A DNA stretch of 32,000 nucleotides from Nitratidesulfovibrio vulgaris str. Hildenborough (GTDB lineage Bacteria > Desulfobacterota > Desulfovibrionia > Desulfovibrionales > Desulfovibrionaceae): NCBI RefSeq assembly GCF_000195755.1, contig NC_002937.3, positions 720,001 to 752,000 on the forward strand. The letters run 5' to 3'. Shown here one piece after another: positions 8,749 to 17,571 of this stretch (position 1 is its first letter; each line of letters begins with the position of its first letter). Made by a program: the position numbers and the translations under genes. The notes under the pieces are model-generated. The model had not been told where the DNA came from. It ran no database searches and worked only from the letters and a program-made list of their open reading frames with translations.

Positions 8749-8886
8749 GTCTCTCCCGTGTGTCGGCCTGAAGCCGGGTTTCGCGCGATGCTATGACCGG
8801 GCGCAGAGGTTGTCAACAAAGGGCGTCCGGGCTTGAGGTCGACGGGCCGACAGCGTATGAAGCTCAAAAAACCACAGGAGACGAAC

Positions 8887-9096
8887 GTGCCCCTCAACAA
8901 GGAACTTCTCGACATTCTGGCCTGCCCCGCCTGCCGTGGCGAACTCACTCTTCTCGATGGTGAGGAAGGGCTACGCTGCCCCGCCTGTGCCGTCGTCTAC
9001 CCCGTGCGTGACGAGATACCCGTCATGCTGGTGGAAGAGGCCGTTCCGGCCGAGGACTGGGAACGCGGCGAACGCACCCCGGCCAAGAGACGCTGA
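8887..9096 (+). CDS. Trm112/UPF0434 (YcaR-like) small zinc-ribbon protein
   Basis: LLDILACPACRGELTL...LRCPACAVVYPVRDEIPVMLVEEA is the Trm112-family CxxC...CxxC pattern. I prefer GTG 8887, which has AGGAG 6 nt upstream. ATG 8857 or 8833 are alternative starts. Confidence 0.75.
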   Translation: MPLNKELLDILACPACRGELTLLDGEEGLRCPACAVVYPVRDEIPVMLVEEAVPAEDWERGERTPAKRR

Positions 9097-9162
9097 ACGC
9101 CGCACCGTGCCGCATGGGCCGCAAGGCCTGCGCAACGGGCGGCAAGCCGCTATGGAGGCCAC

Positions 9163-9576
9163 ATGGTCATCGACTTCAGTGCCTTCTACGAACTGCCGCG
9201 CCTCATCGACCGTCTTGCGGCCGAGGGCGAGTCTTCGTTCGCCGCCTCTCGCGGTCAGGCGGTGTTCCCGCCGCTCAACATCGGCGAAGACGAGAGCGCG
9301 GTGTACGTGCGGGCGCTCATTCCCGGCGGCGACCTTTCTGCCCTCGACCTGACGCTCACCGACAAGACACTGGTGCTGCGGGGCGAGTTGCCGCCCGTGC
9401 GCGGACGCTACTACCGGCAGGAGAGGCGTACCGGGCCGTTCCAGCGGGTCGTGCTGCTCAATGTGCCCATAGACCGCGACAGGGTGCATGCCGCCATGCG
9501 CGACGGGGTGCTCGAGGTGGTGCTGCCCAAGGCGCAACAGGAACGTCTCCGTACCATCCACATCACCACACGCTAG
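9163..9576 (+). CDS. Hsp20/alpha-crystallin small heat-shock protein
   Basis: 137 aa with GGAGG upstream. Contains the alpha-crystallin domain pattern ...PPLNIGEDESAVYVRALIPG...LVLRGE...GPFQRVVLLNVPIDRDRVHAAMRDGVLEVVLPK. Confidence 0.85.
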   Translation: MVIDFSAFYELPRLIDRLAAEGESSFAASRGQAVFPPLNIGEDESAVYVRALIPGGDLSALDLTLTDKTLVLRGELPPVRGRYYRQERRTGPFQRVVLLNVPIDRDRVHAAMRDGVLEVVLPKAQQERLRTIHITTR

Positions 9577-9586
9577 GAGGCCGGAC

Positions 9587-10048
9587 ATGTCGCACGACCA
9601 AGATGCGCCCGACCGACCCGGGCCCGCCCATGCTGCCCATCCGTGCAGGCCCGAAGGCCCGTTGCGTTCCTGCAAGCCCTCTGCCTCGCAGCCCGCTACG
9701 GGACGGCAGGCGGGGCGGCCCCGCGTGCGTCCCGCAGCCGACCTCGTCGAACGCGAAGAGGGGTTCTTTCTCTATCTCGACATGCCGGGTGTGGCGCGAG
9801 AAGACCTTGCCGTCGACATCGAGGGGGATGAGATGATCATCTCTGCGGTGACCCGCATCGGCAGCGGTTCCAACGAACGGGTGCACGCGCTCGAATTCGG
9901 CGATGTGGAATACCATGCGGCCTTCGCCCTCTCGGACATGGTCGATGCCGAACGCATCACGGCGCAGCTTGCCAATGGCGTGCTGGTGGTCGAGATGCCC
10001 CGCCGCGAAGCAGCGCGCCCGCGTCGTATCCGCGTCGAAGTGGGCTAG
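9587..10048 (+). CDS. Hsp20/alpha-crystallin small heat-shock protein (second copy, Pro/Ala-rich N-terminus)
   Basis: ORF 9488..10048, trimmed to ATG 9587, which has AGGAGG upstream. DLVEREEGFFLYLDMPGVAREDLAVDIEGDEMIISA...ITAQLANGVLVVEMPR is an alpha-crystallin domain. Confidence 0.8.
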   Translation: MSHDQDAPDRPGPAHAAHPCRPEGPLRSCKPSASQPATGRQAGRPRVRPAADLVEREEGFFLYLDMPGVAREDLAVDIEGDEMIISAVTRIGSGSNERVHALEFGDVEYHAAFALSDMVDAERITAQLANGVLVVEMPRREAARPRRIRVEVG

Positions 10049-10306
10049 CCGCTCCGTCTCGCCCAGCCTCGCCGGGGTCTTCGCACGGGGCCGACCGGAA
10101 AGCTGGTGCTGCCGCACGAAGGCGAAAGCCCGCAAGCCGGGGCCATGCGCAGGAGGTCTCCCCGCGTCCCTGCGTGACCGTAGGCGTGTGGCCTGTCGGG
10201 GGGGCAACGTGAATGGTCTGCAGTGCGGAATGCCGGGGCGGCCAGTCAGGCGTGCTACCGGGCGGCCTGCCGGGGCCGTTGTCGGGAAGTGCGGCGTCGC
10301 CTCACG

Positions 10307-11077
10307 TCAACGCTGTTCACCGTGACGGCGTTCGAGTTCACCCAGTGACTTTGCAAGAAGCCTGCGTTCGAGAGATGCGTGGGCGGTGGAGAGTTTCGTC
10401 TGCACGTCGGGGCCCTTGCCCTGTTGCGGGCGTTCCAGCGTAAAGGCCTCCGCAGCCCGACGGGCGAACGCCACCAGTGCGGGCACGTCTTCAATGACGG
10501 GTAGTTCTTTCTGGATGCTGTCCACAGGTTCGCGGTATTCGATGACCAGCTTGGTACGGCGCATGTCGGGCAGGAACGTGAAGCGGTAGACCAGCGTGTC
10601 TCCCGCCTGTCCTTGCACGGGGGCGGCTTCGTGCCAGACGCTGGCCCACGGGTCGCGGTCGGCGGGCAGGGTGAACGTCGCCACCTTGCCGGGCATCCCT
10701 CCCAATTCGATGGTGTCCACACGCACTTCGTGCAACCCTGAAGACACATCATGGGGCCATTGCCACTGGTCGCCCGCCTCGGCAAGGATGACCGAAAGCC
10801 TTCGCCCGTCGGTGGTGGGCTGTCCATTGCCGGAGGGGGCATAGAGGGCGTACCAGACCCGTGCCGAGGCCGTGCCCGAAGCCGTGGCCGGAGAGATGTC
10901 GGTGACGCCACCCCCCACGGCATGAAGGCCGCTTGCAGGGGAGACCACCAGCGGCGGTCTGCCTGTGGATATGAACGATTCGCCGCTGAAGCCCCGTAGC
11001 AGGGGACGGCGCGTCATGACAAGGAACACCATCGCCGCAGCGAGGGCGAACATCAGAAACGGCAGAAGCTTGGACAT
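10307..11077 (-). CDS. Hypothetical protein with an N-terminal membrane anchor
   Basis: ORF 10307..11101, trimmed to ATG 11077, which has GGAGAG upstream. MSKLLPFLMFALAAAMVFLVMT is a single TM or signal anchor. I recognise no family in the rest of the protein. Confidence 0.55.
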   Translation of the reverse strand: MSKLLPFLMFALAAAMVFLVMTRRPLLRGFSGESFISTGRPPLVVSPASGLHAVGGGVTDISPATASGTASARVWYALYAPSGNGQPTTDGRRLSVILAEAGDQWQWPHDVSSGLHEVRVDTIELGGMPGKVATFTLPADRDPWASVWHEAAPVQGQAGDTLVYRFTFLPDMRRTKLVIEYREPVDSIQKELPVIEDVPALVAFARRAAEAFTLERPQQGKGPDVQTKLSTAHASLERRLLAKSLGELERRHGEQR

Positions 11078-11287
11078 GGTCTCTCCGGGCTGAAGTGGCA
11101 ACGGGTCGTCCCCGGCGGGCGACAGCGCATTGTGCCAATCCTCGCCGTGCTTGTCACCCCGCCGGAAGGTGTACCGCTGCGGGCTTGCGCGGGTTTCGGC
11201 TGCGTCGTATGAGGCGTGTGCCCTCGCCCTCCGGCACTACCGGGGCGAACCACAACCGGCGCACGGCGCCATGCAGGACGCAAGACC

Positions 11288-11854
11288 ATGTCCACACGCC
11301 TTCTCATCGCATCCGACATCCACGGTTCACTGCCGCGGGCTACCTTTCTGGCAGACCTCGCGCGGGACACGGCGCCCGATAGCATCATCCTTCTGGGCGA
11401 CCTGCTGTACCACGGGCCGCGCAACCCCCTGCCCGAAGGGTACGCCCCGCGTGACGTGGCGGACACCCTCAACGACTGGAAGGCCCGCATCATCGCCCTG
11501 CGCGGCAATTGCGACGCAGAGGTCGACCAGATGCTGCTGCATTTCCCCCTCGTGGAGTCGGCGTGGCTGTTCGTGGACGGGCTGCGCATCTTCGCCAGTC
11601 ACGGGCATCACAACCAGTTGCCCGATCGCTTTCCCGACCTTGCAGAGGGGGACGTCTTCCTCTGCGGGCACACCCACATCCCCCGTGCGGAGACGGTGGA
11701 GGGCCTGCATGTGTGGAATCCCGGTTCGGTGACGCTGCCCAAGCAGGGACACCCGGCTGCCTACGGTCTGTACGAGGACGGCGTGTTCAGGGTCTTCGAC
11801 CTCGACGGTGCCGAAGTGCTGCGCCATGGGCCGCTTCGTGACGGCATGGCGTGA
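11288..11854 (+). CDS. YfcE-like metallophosphoesterase (MJ0936 family)
   Basis: ORF trimmed to ATG 11288. Contains LLIASDIHGS, ILLGDLLYHGPRN, LRGNCD, ASHGH and LCGHTHIP, the calcineurin-like phosphoesterase motif set in YfcE order. Confidence 0.85.
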   Translation: MSTRLLIASDIHGSLPRATFLADLARDTAPDSIILLGDLLYHGPRNPLPEGYAPRDVADTLNDWKARIIALRGNCDAEVDQMLLHFPLVESAWLFVDGLRIFASHGHHNQLPDRFPDLAEGDVFLCGHTHIPRAETVEGLHVWNPGSVTLPKQGHPAAYGLYEDGVFRVFDLDGAEVLRHGPLRDGMA

Positions 11855-11867
11855 TGCGGGAGTGTGC

Positions 11868-13070
11868 ATGACGGATGTCTTGATGGACGGTATGCCGGAC
11901 GTTTCCCCTGCGCTTCATGACCCGGATGGTGAAGCGACTGCCACCGTCGCCTCTGTGGCGGTACGTCCCGTAGCCGCAGCCCCCGGTGGGCAGCCTGCTG
12001 GGCCCGCTGGTGGTCAGGCTGGCTGGAACGCCGACCTCACTCCCGGACTTGTCGCACGATTGCGCCGACCGGTGCAGGTCGGCGCGCGCACGGCCCCCGG
12101 CAGCCTCTGGCTTGCCCCGCTGGCGGGGGTGGGCCATGTGGCCTTTCGTGAGGTGATCGACAACCTCGGAGGTTGCGGGCTGCTGTTCACCGGCATGTGC
12201 AACGCGCGGGCCGTCCCCACGGAGAACCCGGCACGTTCCAATGCCTTCACGTGGCGTGCGGAAGAACTGGAGCGGTGCGTCTGTCAGTTGTTCGGTGCCG
12301 ACCCATCCGAGATGGCCGAGGCGGCCCGACGGGTCGAAGCCGAGGGCTTCTTCGGGGTGGACATCAACATGGGGTGTTCCGTGGCTGCCATCGTGCGGCG
12401 CGGCTGCGGTGCCGACCTGCTGCGGGACGAGGAACGTGCCGTGCGCATGGTCGAGTCCGTCCGTCGGGCCGTGGATTGCCCCGTGCTGGTCAAGTTCCGC
12501 ACGGGCTGGAGTCCCGACCCGCAGGGTGCGGTGGCGCTTGCCCGCCGTTTCGAGGACGCAGGGGCCGACGCGCTGGTCTTCCATCCCCGCGTGGCCCCCG
12601 ACAGGCGCACCCGCCCGCCGTTGCGCCACCACATCCGCCTCGTCAAGGAGGCGGTCGCCATCCCCGTGCTCGGCAATGGCGAGGTGTTCACGCCGGGGGA
12701 CGCCGCATCCATGCTCGAGACCACGGGGTGCGACGGCATCTCGCTGGGGCGCATCGCACTGGGGCGGCCGTGGGTGTTCGCGGCGTGGACGGGCCTTGTG
12801 GACGACAACCCCGCCAGCAACCCCGACCTGTGGCGCGACATTCCGCTGGCCCTGCTGGACGCGCTGGAACGCCGCCATGCCGACCGCAAGTATGCGGCGC
12901 GCCTCTTCAAGAAGTTCCTTCTCTACTTCATCGCCAACTTCACCTATGGCAACAGCCTTCGCGGCCCCATGCTCAAAGGGGACGACCCCGCCGACCTGCG
13001 TACCGCACTCGTGGATACGCTGGCGACACTGCCTGCCATCACCCGCCGTCCCAGTGCGCTGATGTTCTGA
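11868..13070 (+). CDS. tRNA-dihydrouridine synthase (Dus/NifR3 family) with an N-terminal extension
   Basis: ORF 11808..13070. ATG 11868 is preferred because it follows GGGAG and does not overlap the previous gene. LWLAPLAGVGHVAFREV..., FFGVDINMGCSV...RRGCGADLL..., VLVKFRTGW and VFHPRV match Dus TIM-barrel motifs. Confidence 0.8.
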   Translation: MTDVLMDGMPDVSPALHDPDGEATATVASVAVRPVAAAPGGQPAGPAGGQAGWNADLTPGLVARLRRPVQVGARTAPGSLWLAPLAGVGHVAFREVIDNLGGCGLLFTGMCNARAVPTENPARSNAFTWRAEELERCVCQLFGADPSEMAEAARRVEAEGFFGVDINMGCSVAAIVRRGCGADLLRDEERAVRMVESVRRAVDCPVLVKFRTGWSPDPQGAVALARRFEDAGADALVFHPRVAPDRRTRPPLRHHIRLVKEAVAIPVLGNGEVFTPGDAASMLETTGCDGISLGRIALGRPWVFAAWTGLVDDNPASNPDLWRDIPLALLDALERRHADRKYAARLFKKFLLYFIANFTYGNSLRGPMLKGDDPADLRTALVDTLATLPAITRRPSALMF

Positions 13071-13140
13071 CCGCTACGGGGAGAGAGACCCGTTGCGTCA
13101 GGCGACCTTCTGTCTCTCTGTCCTGCCGCGCCCGTAGCGG
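13071..13140. other. 70-nt two-tier imperfect hairpin immediately after the dus stop
   Basis: CCGCTACGGG (13071..13080) pairs with CCCGTAGCGG (13131..13140). AGAGAGAC (13082..13089) pairs with GTCTCTCT (13112..13119). Confidence 0.5.
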
Positions 13141-13218
13141 ACACCGCACTCCCGTGGGCAGGCCTTGCGGAGGCCCTGTCCGCACCGCCGTGGCGGGTAT
13201 ACATGGTCGACAATGGAA

Positions 13219-13244
13219 AAGGCCGGACATTTCTGTCCGGCCTT
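13219..13244. terminator. Bidirectional intrinsic terminator between the convergent dus and cysE genes
   Basis: AAGGCCGGACA-TTTC-TGTCCGGCCTT is a perfect 11-bp stem, flanked by an A-run on the left and by T-containing sequence on the right. Confidence 0.7.
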
Positions 13245-13255
13245 CATGGTTTCCG

Positions 13256-14227
13256 TCATGCCTTGGGGGTGCCGTTCTTCGTTCCCACCATCCTGTCTTC
13301 GGCGGCAGGCGGTGAGGACTTCTGCTGCACCACCTTGGCACCGGGGGCCACATCGTGGGTCACCCACACGTTGCCACCCACGATGGCACCTGCGCCGATG
13401 GTGACCCGCCCGAGGATGGTCGCCCCCGCGTAGACAGTCACGCCGTCCTGAAGGATGGGGTGGCGCGGGATGCCCTTGATGAGCGCACCGCCTCCGTCCT
13501 TGGGGAACGAGAGCGCCCCGAGGGTGACGCCCTGATACAGGCGGCAGCCGCGGCCGATGATGCAGGTCTCTCCGATGACCACGCCCGTGCCGTGGTCGAT
13601 GAAAAACTCCTCGCCGACTGTCGCGCCGGGGTGGATGTCGATGCCCGTGCGCGAGTGCGCCATCTCGCTGATGATGCGCGGAATCACCGGCACGTCGAGC
13701 CTGTACAGCTCATGGGCGATGCGGTGATGGATCATGGCGTAGATGGAGGGATAGCAGAAGATGGTCTCGCCGGGGCTTTTGGCGGCAGGGTCGCCCTCAT
13801 AGGCGGCCTTCACGTCTGTGGCGAGCAGTTGCCGTATGCGCGGCAGCGCCCGCATGAACTCCATGGCGGTCTCCTGCGAATGGCTTTCGCAGTTCTGACA
13901 GTCCGTGGCGTAGTCGGCGCAGGCGAAGCACCCGCCGCGGCGAACCTGTTCGGCGAGGATGCGGTAGATGGAGTCGAGGTTGGCTGCCAGGTGGTAGCGC
14001 ATGGACTCCAGAACGATGTTGGACGCTCCAAAGTAGCCGGGGAAGAGTGCCGCACGCAGACGCGCCATAAGTTCGGTCAGCGCCTCCAGCGAAGGCATGG
14101 GCGAACCGTGCAGTGACTGATGGTAGACCGCCTCGTACGATTCGGGGGTACACAGGGACTCGACGATGCGTTCGAGTTCGGGCATTCCGGTGAGCGATAC
14201 GGCGGTGCTGGCATCAAGCTTCTTCAT
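13256..14227 (-). CDS. cysE: Serine O-acetyltransferase
   Basis: ORF 13256..14536, trimmed to ATG 14227 (MKKLDAST...). Has a SATase N-terminal helical domain followed by hexapeptide repeats (GIDIHPGATVGEEFFIDHGTGVVIGETCIIGRGCRLYQGVTLG...). Confidence 0.9.
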   Translation of the reverse strand: MKKLDASTAVSLTGMPELERIVESLCTPESYEAVYHQSLHGSPMPSLEALTELMARLRAALFPGYFGASNIVLESMRYHLAANLDSIYRILAEQVRRGGCFACADYATDCQNCESHSQETAMEFMRALPRIRQLLATDVKAAYEGDPAAKSPGETIFCYPSIYAMIHHRIAHELYRLDVPVIPRIISEMAHSRTGIDIHPGATVGEEFFIDHGTGVVIGETCIIGRGCRLYQGVTLGALSFPKDGGGALIKGIPRHPILQDGVTVYAGATILGRVTIGAGAIVGGNVWVTHDVAPGAKVVQQKSSPPAAEDRMVGTKNGTPKA

Positions 14228-14394
14228 GGCGTTTCCGGTCTGTTTTCGGGTTGGTGGGTGCGGGGCACGGTAGCCGCGGCCGGGGCACACGTCAATGACG
14301 CCTCCGCCCCGGTGCAGCCCGTTCCCTTTCCCGTGGCGGAGGCGCAGGACTCCGGGACGTCTTCCGGGCCGGGGACGTGCTGGCCCCGCAGGGT

Positions 14395-15321
14395 CTACTC
14401 GGGGGCGAAGAGCGGTGTCGAAAGGTAGCGTTCGCCCGTGTCGCAGATGATGCACACCACGCGCTTGCCCGCATTCTCGGGGCGTCTGGCGTAGGCGATG
14501 GCGGCATGCACGTTGGCACCCGAAGAGATGCCGCACAGGATGCCCTCCTCCTGAAGCAGCCGCCGGGCCATGGTCAGCGCGTCGGCACCGGGGACGGGCA
14601 TCACCTCGTCATAGACCGACGTGTCGAGCACGGGCGGGACGAACCCCGCACCGATGCCCTGAATGGCATGGGGGCCGGGGGCACCGCCGGAAAGCACGGC
14701 CGATTCTGCGGGTTCGACGGCGATGACCCGGATGTCGGGGTTGCGTCCCTTGAGGTAGCGTCCCGTACCGGTGATGGTGCCGCCCGTGCCGACCCCCGCC
14801 ACGAAGCAGTCGATCATGCCGTCGGTGTCGGCCCATATCTCCGGGCCGGTGGTGGCCTCATGGGCAGCGGGGTTGTCGGGGTTGGCGAACTGTTGCAGCA
14901 TCACCGCACCGGGGGTGTCGGCCACGATGCGCTCGGCCTCTTCCACCGCGCCACGCATCCCCTTGGCTGCGGGCGTGAGCACCAGCGTGGTGCCGAAGGC
15001 CTTGAGCAGTGCCCGGCGTTCGGCGCTCATGCTCTCCGGCATGGTCAGCACCAGCTTGAGGCCGCGCACGGCGCATACGAAGGCAAGGCCCACTCCGGTG
15101 TTGCCGCTGGTGGGTTCCACAAGCACCGCGCCCGGGGCAATCTCTCCCCGTGCGATGGCGGCTTCCACCATGTTGAGGGCGATGCGGTCCTTCACGGAAC
15201 TGCACGGGTTGAAATTCTCGAGTTTGGCGACGACCTCGGCGACACAGCCGAGTGTGACCTTGTTGAGGCGCACCATGGGCGTCTTGCCCACGAGGTCCGT
15301 CATGCTTGATGCGATGTCCAT
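14395..15321 (-). CDS. cysK: Cysteine synthase A (O-acetylserine sulfhydrylase)
   Basis: Trimmed to ATG 15321, which has GGAGGGGG upstream. TDLVGKTPMVRLNKV...KLENFNPCSSVKDRIALNMV...EPTSGNTGVGLA... contains the PLP-lysine and Gly-loop motifs of CysK. Confidence 0.95.
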   Translation of the reverse strand: MDIASSMTDLVGKTPMVRLNKVTLGCVAEVVAKLENFNPCSSVKDRIALNMVEAAIARGEIAPGAVLVEPTSGNTGVGLAFVCAVRGLKLVLTMPESMSAERRALLKAFGTTLVLTPAAKGMRGAVEEAERIVADTPGAVMLQQFANPDNPAAHEATTGPEIWADTDGMIDCFVAGVGTGGTITGTGRYLKGRNPDIRVIAVEPAESAVLSGGAPGPHAIQGIGAGFVPPVLDTSVYDEVMPVPGADALTMARRLLQEEGILCGISSGANVHAAIAYARRPENAGKRVVCIICDTGERYLSTPLFAPE

Positions 15322-15448
15322 GCCCCCTCCTTGTTCTGTCCATGGCAATGAGCACCGCCAGCCGGGTATCGACGGCGGCGCAGTCGTAGGCGTCGGAACA
15401 TGCAAGGGCGCACGTGGCAACCATGCCTCCGTGCGCCCTTGCCGGCTA

Positions 15449-16633
15449 TCAGCAGGTGCAGGCCGGTTTTCCGGTCATTTCGCCCCGGAACGGCGATATC
15501 TCACGTAGACGCCGGATGATGGGCGGCAGTTCACGCACCACGTATTCCACGTCTTCCATCGTGTTGAACCGCGAGAGGCTGAAACGGATGGAACCGTGGG
15601 CGAAGGTGAACGGCACACCCATGGCCCGCAGCACGTGCGAGGGTTCGAGGCTGCCCGATGTGCAGGCCGACCCGGAACTTGCACAGACGCCATGCTGGTC
15701 GAGCATGAGCAGGATGGCTTCACCCTCGACGTACTTGAAGGCGATGTTCGAGGTGTTGGGAAGCCTGTTCGCCGTGTCGCCGTTGACGACGGCATCCGGA
15801 ATGGCGGCCAGCAGCCCCGATTCGAGGCGGTCGCGCAGGGCGCGTACCTGTGTGTTCTCCTCGTGCATGGCGGCGGTGGCGAGCTCGCAGGCCTTGCCCA
15901 GAGCCACGATGGAGGCGACGTTCTCTGTGCCCGCACGCCGCCCGCGCTCCTGATGCCCGCCGCGCAGGAACGGGCGGTAGGCCGTGCCGCGGCGCACATA
16001 GAGCGCGCCCACGCCCTTGGGGGCGTGCAGCTTGTGGCCCGAGAGCGCGAGGTAGTCGACGGGCATGGTCTTCATGTCGAGCGCGACCTTGCCCACGGCC
16101 TGTACGGCGTCGGTGTGGAAAGGCACGCCGTGTTCGTGGGCGATGGCTCCCGCTTCTGCGATGGGGAATATGGTGCCCGTCTCGTTGTTGGCGGTCATGA
16201 TGGAGATGATGGCCGTGTCCTTGCGGATGGCGGCACGCAATTCGTCAAGGTCCATCCTGCCCTTGGCATCGACGCCGAGCAACGACACTTCGACGCCGTT
16301 CTTTTCGAGATGCTGGGCAAGGCTGAGCACCGCCGGGTGTTCCACCCGGGTGGTGATGATGTGCCGCCTGTCGGGCTGTGCCTGCAGGGCCGAGCGGATG
16401 GCCGTGTTGTCGCTCTCGGACCCGCACGAGGTGAAGATGATCTCTTCGGGGGCGGCGCCGATGGCGGCAGCCACCTGCGCCCTCGCTTCGGTCACATATC
16501 GTCCGACCTTGCCGCCGAAGGTGTGCATGCTCGAAGGGTTGCCGTACATCTCCGTGAGAAACGGCAGCATGGCTTCAAGCACGGCAGGGTCGACCTGCGT
16601 GGTGGCGTTGTTGTCGAAGTAGATGGTCTTCAT
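15449..16633 (-). CDS. nifS: Cysteine desulfurase NifS
   Basis: Trimmed to ATG 16633, which has GGGAGG upstream. MKTIYFDNNATTQVDP..., SGHKLHAPKGVGALYVR (PLP Lys) and SSGSACTSG (active-site Cys loop). Its ATG overlaps the nifU TGA as ATGA. Confidence 0.95.
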   Translation of the reverse strand: MKTIYFDNNATTQVDPAVLEAMLPFLTEMYGNPSSMHTFGGKVGRYVTEARAQVAAAIGAAPEEIIFTSCGSESDNTAIRSALQAQPDRRHIITTRVEHPAVLSLAQHLEKNGVEVSLLGVDAKGRMDLDELRAAIRKDTAIISIMTANNETGTIFPIAEAGAIAHEHGVPFHTDAVQAVGKVALDMKTMPVDYLALSGHKLHAPKGVGALYVRRGTAYRPFLRGGHQERGRRAGTENVASIVALGKACELATAAMHEENTQVRALRDRLESGLLAAIPDAVVNGDTANRLPNTSNIAFKYVEGEAILLMLDQHGVCASSGSACTSGSLEPSHVLRAMGVPFTFAHGSIRFSLSRFNTMEDVEYVVRELPPIIRRLREISPFRGEMTGKPACTC

Positions 16634-17475
16634 GCCGAAACCTCCCTGACCACGATCTCCTGATCGACGTGGTCGCGCAGGGTGCGCTCGACGAACTCCT
16701 TGAGGGTGAGCTGACTCGAGGGGCAGCTGGTGCACATGCCGCGCAGGGCTACCATGACTTCGGTTCCGTTCATGTCCACCAGTTCGATGTCGCCGCCATC
16801 CTGTTGCAGGCGCGGGCGGATCTCACCGTCGAGCACCTTCATCACAAGCTGCATCCGCTGCACGTTGGTCAGCTTCTTGGGCGGTTCCAGCGGGGTGAGG
16901 CATTCCGGTTCCTTGCCGAGTTCCACGTCGAGGATGTGGCGTATCTCTTCGAGACAGTCGCCGCAGCCGCCACCCGCCTTGGTGAAGTGGGTGATGTCCT
17001 CGACCGTTTTGAGATTGTTCTCGCGAATGGCGCGGATGATCTGCTCGTCGGTGATGCCGAAGCACTTGCAGACGAGCTTGCCTTCATGCGCATGCTCTAC
17101 GGCAGGTTCACCGCGCCAGTTGCGTATGGCGGCTTCAAGTGCCTCCTGCCCCATGACGGAGCAGTGCATCTTTTCCTTGGGCAGCCCGCCAAGGTGGGCT
17201 GCGATGTCCTTGTTGGAGATCTTGAGGGCGTCTTCGACGAGCATGCCCTTGATGAGCTCGGTCAGTGCCGAACTCGAGGCGATGGCACTGGCGCAGCCGA
17301 AGGTCTGGAAGCGTGCGTCCTGTATGCGCCCTTCGTCGTCGATCTTCAGATAGAGCTTCAATGCGTCGCCGCAGGCAAGGCTTCCGACCTCTCCTATGGC
17401 GTTGGCGTCATCGAGGGAGCCGACGTTGCGGGGATTAAGAAAGTGCTCGCGCACCTTGTCGGTGTAGTCCCACAT
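16630..17475 (-). CDS. nifU: NifU Fe-S cluster scaffold (IscU-like N domain, BFD-like [2Fe-2S] centre, Nfu C domain)
   Basis: Trimmed to ATG 17475, which has GGAGGAAA upstream. MWDYTDKVREHFLNPRNVG...GSLACGDALKL...FQTFGCASAIASS... is followed by CKCFGITD...GGGCGDC and then ...GMCTSCPSSQLTL. Confidence 0.9.
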   Translation of the reverse strand: MWDYTDKVREHFLNPRNVGSLDDANAIGEVGSLACGDALKLYLKIDDEGRIQDARFQTFGCASAIASSSALTELIKGMLVEDALKISNKDIAAHLGGLPKEKMHCSVMGQEALEAAIRNWRGEPAVEHAHEGKLVCKCFGITDEQIIRAIRENNLKTVEDITHFTKAGGGCGDCLEEIRHILDVELGKEPECLTPLEPPKKLTNVQRMQLVMKVLDGEIRPRLQQDGGDIELVDMNGTEVMVALRGMCTSCPSSQLTLKEFVERTLRDHVDQEIVVREVSA

Positions 17476-17571
17476 AGTGCTGTTTCCTCCGTGTTCTTCC
17501 TTGCGTGGCAAGGGTGCACCAGAGCAGATAACACCGCAATGACGGAGGGGGAAGAGGCGAGGGAGAAAAAG

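Noticed and set aside
9097-9162. A possible heat-shock (sigma-32) or sigma-54 promoter upstream of the hsp20 pair.
   Set aside because: The GG/GC pairs I found have 11-12 nt spacing, and there is no CTTGAAA...CCCCAT-like motif. The promoter cannot be called from the sequence alone.
17508-17521. A sigma-54-like TGGTGC-ACCC-TTGC on the minus strand upstream of nifU.
   Set aside because: The spacer is 4 nt rather than 5 nt, so the -24 GG and -12 GC are out of register. I kept only the overlapping dyad as a possible operator or hairpin.
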